From Rhodocyclaceae bacterium (GTDB lineage Bacteria; Pseudomonadota; Gammaproteobacteria; Burkholderiales; Rhodocyclaceae): a DNA stretch of 64,000 nucleotides. Positions 60,128-64,000 of the stretch are shown piece after piece. The notes under the pieces were generated by a model. That model saw only the letters and a program-made list of their open reading frames with translations. It did not search any database and had not been told where the DNA came from. Position numbers and translations under genes: made by a program. The stretch covers positions 37,126 to 101,125 of the forward strand of contig JADKHX010000002.1 in NCBI GenBank assembly GCA_016721505.1, in the 5' to 3' direction. The number at the start of each line of letters is the position of its first letter. Position 1 is the first letter of the stretch.

Positions 60128-60186
60128 AGTTCTTCGGCTCGCTCCGCTCGAACCTTACGGGGTGGTTTGCAAATGGAGATTTCACT

Positions 60187-61884
60187 ATGAGCACAACCTA
60201 TCGAACCTGTCCGCGTTCCGGACTGCAATTTGAGGCACAGGCCGAGCGCCTGATGTTGGTCAACGCTGTTGCCGCTGTCGTATTTTTGTTAGTGGGTGGC
60301 ATCCTTGCTGTCGGTGTGGTGCTCACCCGCTGGCCGGCTGTGCATTGGCTGTCAGCCGATGCGTTTTACATGGTGCTGACCGCACACGGCATCGACATGC
60401 TGATCTTCTGGATCATCTTCTTCGAGATGGCGGTGCTGTATTTCTGTTCATCAACGCTACTGCGTTGTCGAATCGCCACGCCGCGAATGGCATGGCTCGG
60501 TTTCGCGCTGATGCTGATCGGCGCGGTCACCAACAACGTCGCCGTGTTCCGTGGCAGCTCCAGCGTGATGATGACTTCCTACGTGCCGATGATGGCCGAG
60601 CCGGCGTTTTATCTGGGTCTGATTTTGTTCGCCGTCGGCGCATTGATCGGATGTTTCGTTTTCCTTGGCACGCTGGTCGTTGCCAAGCGCGAAAAGACTT
60701 ATCAAGGCTCGATTCCGCTGGTGACTTTTGGCGCGGTGACGGCGACCATCATCGCGGTGTTCACCATCACTTCCGGCGCGATCATTTTGATCCCGACTTT
60801 CTTGATGTCGGTTGGTGTCATCAACCAAGTTGACCCCTTGGTGTACCGCACTATTTGGTGGGCCTTCGGTCACTCGTCGCAGCAGATCAACGTCGCTGCG
60901 CACATCTCGATCTGGTACGCCATCGCCGCAATTTGCTTCGGTGCCAAGCCAATGTCCGAGCGGGTCAGTCGCGGTGCCTTCCTGCTCTACATTTTGTTTT
61001 TGCAACTCGCCAGCGCGCACCATTTGCTGGCCGATCCGGGCATGAGCACGGAATGGAAAGTGGTCAACACCAGTTACTTCATGTACTTCGCCGTGTTGGC
61101 CTCAATGATTCACGGCCTGACCATTCCCGGCGCTATCGAAGTCGCGCAACGTGAAAAGGGTTACACCAAAGGTCTGTTCGAGTGGCTGCGCAAAGCACCA
61201 TGGGGCAATCCGGTTTTCTCCGGCATGTTCATTTCGCTAATCGGTTTCGGCTTCCTCGGCGGGATCTCCGGCGTGATGATGGGAACGGAACAACTGAACA
61301 TGTTGATCCACAACACCATCTACGTTCCCGGCCACTTCCACGCCACGGTTGTCGTCGGCACCACGCTGTCGTTCATGGCGCTGACCTATTTCCTGATTCC
61401 GGTCTTGTTCAAGCGCGAAATGATCAACCCCGGCCTGGCCAAATTGCAGCCGTATATGTTCGGTCTGTCGATGTACTTCTTCTGTCTGGTGATGATGGGC
61501 GCCGGCACGCTGGGCGTATCGCGGCGGCATTGGGATATGGCCATGGGCGGCTCGCCACTGGCCTATGAATTCCCCGGCGCGGCTTACTTGATGATGGGCT
61601 TGGTCGGCATCGCTGGCATCGCCGCGATTCTTGGCGGCGCGATCTACATCTACATCACCGTCGGCTCACTGTTGTGGGGCAAGAAACTGGATGCCGGTGT
61701 ACAAACTACACAGACGATTCCGTTGCCAAAAACTCCGATGCCAAACGTCGTTGTTCAAAGTCACGGCTCAGCAGGCTTCGCCGCACCGGGCACCTTTGCC
61801 TTGGCCATGGTGTTCCTGATTTCCTTCGTCCTGTACTACTTCATCAATTGGAAGTATTTGTCGCAGGTCTGGGGTTTGAGTTAA
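60187..61884 (+). CDS. heme-copper oxidase subunit I, B-family-like, lacking the cross-link Tyr (candidate NO reductase, sNOR/eNOR-like)
   Basis: 565 aa. Heme His in LTAHGIDM. CuB His in WWAFGHSSQQ, with Gln where Tyr is expected at +4. HH in ASAHHLL and HFH in VPGHFHAT. GGAGA RBS. Confidence 0.85.
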   Translation: MSTTYRTCPRSGLQFEAQAERLMLVNAVAAVVFLLVGGILAVGVVLTRWPAVHWLSADAFYMVLTAHGIDMLIFWIIFFEMAVLYFCSSTLLRCRIATPRMAWLGFALMLIGAVTNNVAVFRGSSSVMMTSYVPMMAEPAFYLGLILFAVGALIGCFVFLGTLVVAKREKTYQGSIPLVTFGAVTATIIAVFTITSGAIILIPTFLMSVGVINQVDPLVYRTIWWAFGHSSQQINVAAHISIWYAIAAICFGAKPMSERVSRGAFLLYILFLQLASAHHLLADPGMSTEWKVVNTSYFMYFAVLASMIHGLTIPGAIEVAQREKGYTKGLFEWLRKAPWGNPVFSGMFISLIGFGFLGGISGVMMGTEQLNMLIHNTIYVPGHFHATVVVGTTLSFMALTYFLIPVLFKREMINPGLAKLQPYMFGLSMYFFCLVMMGAGTLGVSRRHWDMAMGGSPLAYEFPGAAYLMMGLVGIAGIAAILGGAIYIYITVGSLLWGKKLDAGVQTTQTIPLPKTPMPNVVVQSHGSAGFAAPGTFALAMVFLISFVLYYFINWKYLSQVWGLS

Positions 61885-61894
61885 TCGCGACAGC

Positions 61895-62824
61895 ATGCCG
61901 GGAAATGCGTTCAGGAGTCATGCCGACATGAATCAGGCTCAAATCGCCAGTCGCGGGTTCACAAAAACCGCACGCGACGTGCTGAGCCTGTTCAAGCTGC
62001 GCATCGGCTTCATCATCATGCTCACCGCTTTGGCAGGCTATGCGATCACGCCGGGCGGCAATATCGGTGCGCTTCAACTCACGGTGCTTGCGCTCGCCGT
62101 TTTGGTTTCGTCAGCCAGCGCCGGTGCCTTCAATCAATACATCGAATGTGAGGAAGACAAGCTGATGGCGCGCACCCGCACGCGGGCGTTTGTCACCGGT
62201 GCTTTGCCGCACACACCGGCGTGGCTGGTGCTGATTGTGGCGATGCTGGTCGGCTCTGTCGCGGCGGCGTGGTATGTGAGCAATGCCGCAGCGGCGTTCT
62301 ACACTTTCCTCGGCGCGTTCTTCTACGCCATCGTTTATACGGTTTGGCTAAAGCGTCGCAGTTGGCTGAACATCGTTGTCGGCGGCCTCGCGGGTAGCTT
62401 CGCCGTGCTCGCCGGTGCGGCGGCGGTCAATCCGGTTTTAGGTGCAGAGCCAGTATTGCTGGCGCTGGTTTTGTTCCTGTGGACGCCACCACATTTTTGG
62501 AGCCTGGCAATCGCCAATCGTGCCGAATACGCCGCTGCCAATGTTCCGATGTTGCCTGTTGTGGTTGGCGATGTGCGCGCCGCGCAAATCGTTTTTTACA
62601 GCACCGTTGCCTTGGTTTTGGTTTCGCTGATTGCGCCGATCATTGCCAACGCACCAATCCACTTTGCCGGTGCGCTGATCGGCGGCGGATACTTCCTGCG
62701 CAAGTCCTGGCAGCTGGCACAAAACCCGAATCGCAAAACCGCAATGGCCTCGTTCTTCGCCTCATTGCTGCAACTTTCGCTGCTGCTGGTTGCAGCCATG
62801 GTGGACGTCTGGGTATTGCGATGA
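61895..62824 (+). CDS. ctaB: protoheme IX farnesyltransferase, second copy
   Basis: 309 aa UbiA-type protein, paralogous to 13526..14422 (shared [12 protein letters not shown]). An alternative start is ATG 61928. Confidence 0.88.
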   Translation: MPGNAFRSHADMNQAQIASRGFTKTARDVLSLFKLRIGFIIMLTALAGYAITPGGNIGALQLTVLALAVLVSSASAGAFNQYIECEEDKLMARTRTRAFVTGALPHTPAWLVLIVAMLVGSVAAAWYVSNAAAAFYTFLGAFFYAIVYTVWLKRRSWLNIVVGGLAGSFAVLAGAAAVNPVLGAEPVLLALVLFLWTPPHFWSLAIANRAEYAAANVPMLPVVVGDVRAAQIVFYSTVALVLVSLIAPIIANAPIHFAGALIGGGYFLRKSWQLAQNPNRKTAMASFFASLLQLSLLLVAAMVDVWVLR

Positions 62825-63669
62825 AAGCTCGTCGCCTGTTGGTCGGGCGTTTGGTCGTGCTATGGCTGGCGATGTGCAGCGGCTCCACCCTCGCGCAGGA
62901 CACCAACACCGCAGCAGCAAGTTCCCCCGGCCTTGACCAAAACCTCGCGCTGAAACTCAGCCACGAAGCACTTGGCCGCACCATCGGCGAACATGCCCTG
63001 CTCGACCGCGAAGGTCGCCCGGTCCGCCTTGCTGATTTTCGTGGCAAGCCGCTGCTGGTGAGCTTTATCTACACCGGCTGTTTTCAAGTCTGCCCCGCCA
63101 CTACCAAGCTGTTGCAAAAGGCTGTACGCGACGCGCAGGAAACTTTGGGCACCAACAATTTCCGCGTCATCAGCATCGGCTTCAATCAGCCCGCCGACTC
63201 ACCGCAAGCGCTCAAATCCTATGCACGGCAATACGGCATCACCGAACCCAATTGGGAATTCTTGAGCCCCTCCGCCGCCAGCGTGGCCGATCTCGCGCGC
63301 GACTTTGGCTTCAGTTACGTCCCGACCGCCGCCGGTTTTGATCACGTCCTGCAAGTCACCGTGGTCGACGCCGACAGCAAGATTTACCGTCAGGTTTATG
63401 GCGACCAATTCACGCCCGAGCAGCTCACCGAACCATTGCGCCAACTGATCAACCGTGCGCCAATCAGCGACACCACCAACTTCGCCGATCTGGTCGAACG
63501 TGTGCGCATCCTTTGCTCGGTGTACGACCCGCTCACCGGCAAATACAAAGTCAGTTACGGCCTCGCATTTGAAATCGCTGGTGGTGTGACTTTTTTGATT
63601 TGGATACTTTGGTTTTTCGGCAACGAATGGTGGACGCGGCGGCGGCACACACGTCAGTTGCGCGCCTGA
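62821..63669 (+). CDS. SCO1/SenC copper chaperone, second copy, with C-terminal TM
   Basis: ATG 62821 overlaps the ctaB stop (ATGA). Signal peptide and CFQVCPATT CxxxC motif. The longer track ORF is read-through. Confidence 0.88.
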   Translation: MKARRLLVGRLVVLWLAMCSGSTLAQDTNTAAASSPGLDQNLALKLSHEALGRTIGEHALLDREGRPVRLADFRGKPLLVSFIYTGCFQVCPATTKLLQKAVRDAQETLGTNNFRVISIGFNQPADSPQALKSYARQYGITEPNWEFLSPSAASVADLARDFGFSYVPTAAGFDHVLQVTVVDADSKIYRQVYGDQFTPEQLTEPLRQLINRAPISDTTNFADLVERVRILCSVYDPLTGKYKVSYGLAFEIAGGVTFLIWILWFFGNEWWTRRRHTRQLRA

Positions 63670-64000
63670 TGAGTTCGATATCTGCCGACACGGCGTGTGG
63701 TCAGCACCAACTGGCGAGTGAAAGCCTCGGCAGCAAAATCTGCCGCAAGCTCGATCACCAGTTCGATACCGTTTTCGGCGCAGCGGCCAACCCGTGGCGA
63801 CACCTCGGCGCGCTTGGCTTTCTATTCCTCTGGATCGTCGTTGTCAGTGGCATCTACGTCTACATCATGTTCGACACCTCAGTTGCCGGCGCCTACGAAT
63901 CGATTGAATCGCTATCGCGCGAACAACCGCTGTTCGGCGGCCTGTTGCGCAGCCTGCATCGCTACGCATCGGACGCGTTCCTGATCGTCACGCTGTTGCA
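63669..64000 (+). CDS. cytochrome b-like membrane protein (partial; continues past the right edge)
   Basis: Not in the track because it is edge-truncated. ATG 63669 overlaps the SCO1 stop. My translation is MSSISADTACGQHQLASESLGSKICRKLDHQFDTVFGAAANPWRHLGALGFLFLWIVVVSGIYVYIMFD...SLHRYASDAFLIVTLL. Confidence 0.6.
   Translation, partial: MSSISADTACGQHQLASESLGSKICRKLDHQFDTVFGAAANPWRHLGALGFLFLWIVVVSGIYVYIMFDTSVAGAYESIESLSREQPLFGGLLRSLHRYASDAFLIVTLL
63690..63716 (+). repeat. 27-nt motif copy at the 5' end of the cytochrome b-like gene
   Basis: ACGGCGTGTGGTCAGCACCAACTGGCG, identical to the reverse complement of 15045..15071. Confidence 0.75.

Noticed and set aside
60032-60190. Possible 52-codon GTG-initiated ORF spanning the II-I spacer and ending on the subunit I start (ATGA)
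   Set aside because: It has no hydrophobic or recognisable sequence, and it reads straight through the 20-nt palindrome. More likely it is non-coding spacer. It is kept only as a remote possibility.
63697-63984. 95-aa plus-strand ORF offered by the track at the right edge
   Set aside because: It is out of frame with the ATG (63669) that is coupled to the SCO1 stop. The coupled frame gives TM helices and a cytochrome b-like SLHRY motif, whereas this frame gives Ser/Ala-rich nonsense.

Overview
All calls below come from reading the sequence and ORF track by eye and from remembered family motifs. No search, HMM or folding program was run.

This is a 64-kb chromosomal window, moderately GC-rich. 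Gene content and synteny look betaproteobacterial (Nitrosomonadales/Rhodocyclales-like), but that is a guess I cannot verify without a search. I recognised no rRNA, tRNA, CRISPR array, transposase, integrase or prophage gene.

Most of the window is core housekeeping:
- DNA repair, proteolysis and cofactor genes: mutM, an M13 peptidase, a ferredoxin, coaD and rsmD.
- Cell division and heat shock: ftsYEX and rpoH.
- Central metabolism: mpl, aroQ, accBC and prmA.
- An LPS-core block: a TPR-GT9 protein, apaH, a broken GT2 gene, waaC and waaA.
- tolC, a rhodanese and a pcm-like methyltransferase.
- A TetR-MFP-RND efflux operon.

Two respiratory islands stand out:
- **aa3-type oxidase cluster (12.9-22.3 kb).** It has ctaC-ctaD-small ORF-ctaG-DUF2970-ctaE, DUF2909, SURF1, a CxxxC protein, ctaB and SCO1. 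An orphan, divergent oxidase-subunit-I-like gene sits where heme A synthase is normally found.
- **Denitrification island (44.5-64 kb).** It has a dnr-type regulator, DUF2249, nirS-M-C-F-DL-G-H, an embedded regulator, nirJ-N and nnrS. It ends in a second heme-copper oxidase operon: small TM protein, CuA subunit II, subunit I without the cross-link Tyr, its own ctaB and SCO1, and a cytochrome b. This operon carries a Dnr/FNR-type box and is my best candidate for a non-canonical (sNOR/eNOR-like) NO reductase.

The signals most worth a second look are:
- A dispersed 27-nt motif family (core CAGCACCAACTGG). It occurs in both orientations, in spacers and inside conserved genes. A ~95-nt long form brackets a Rieske oxygenase gene and sits in frame at the nirG/nirH junction.
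- A 21-G homopolymer that frameshifts an LPS glycosyltransferase by one base.
- A soluble Crp/Fnr regulator fused to two PilJ/NarX-type sensor modules, inside the nir operon.
- The two atypical oxidase-superfamily genes described above.
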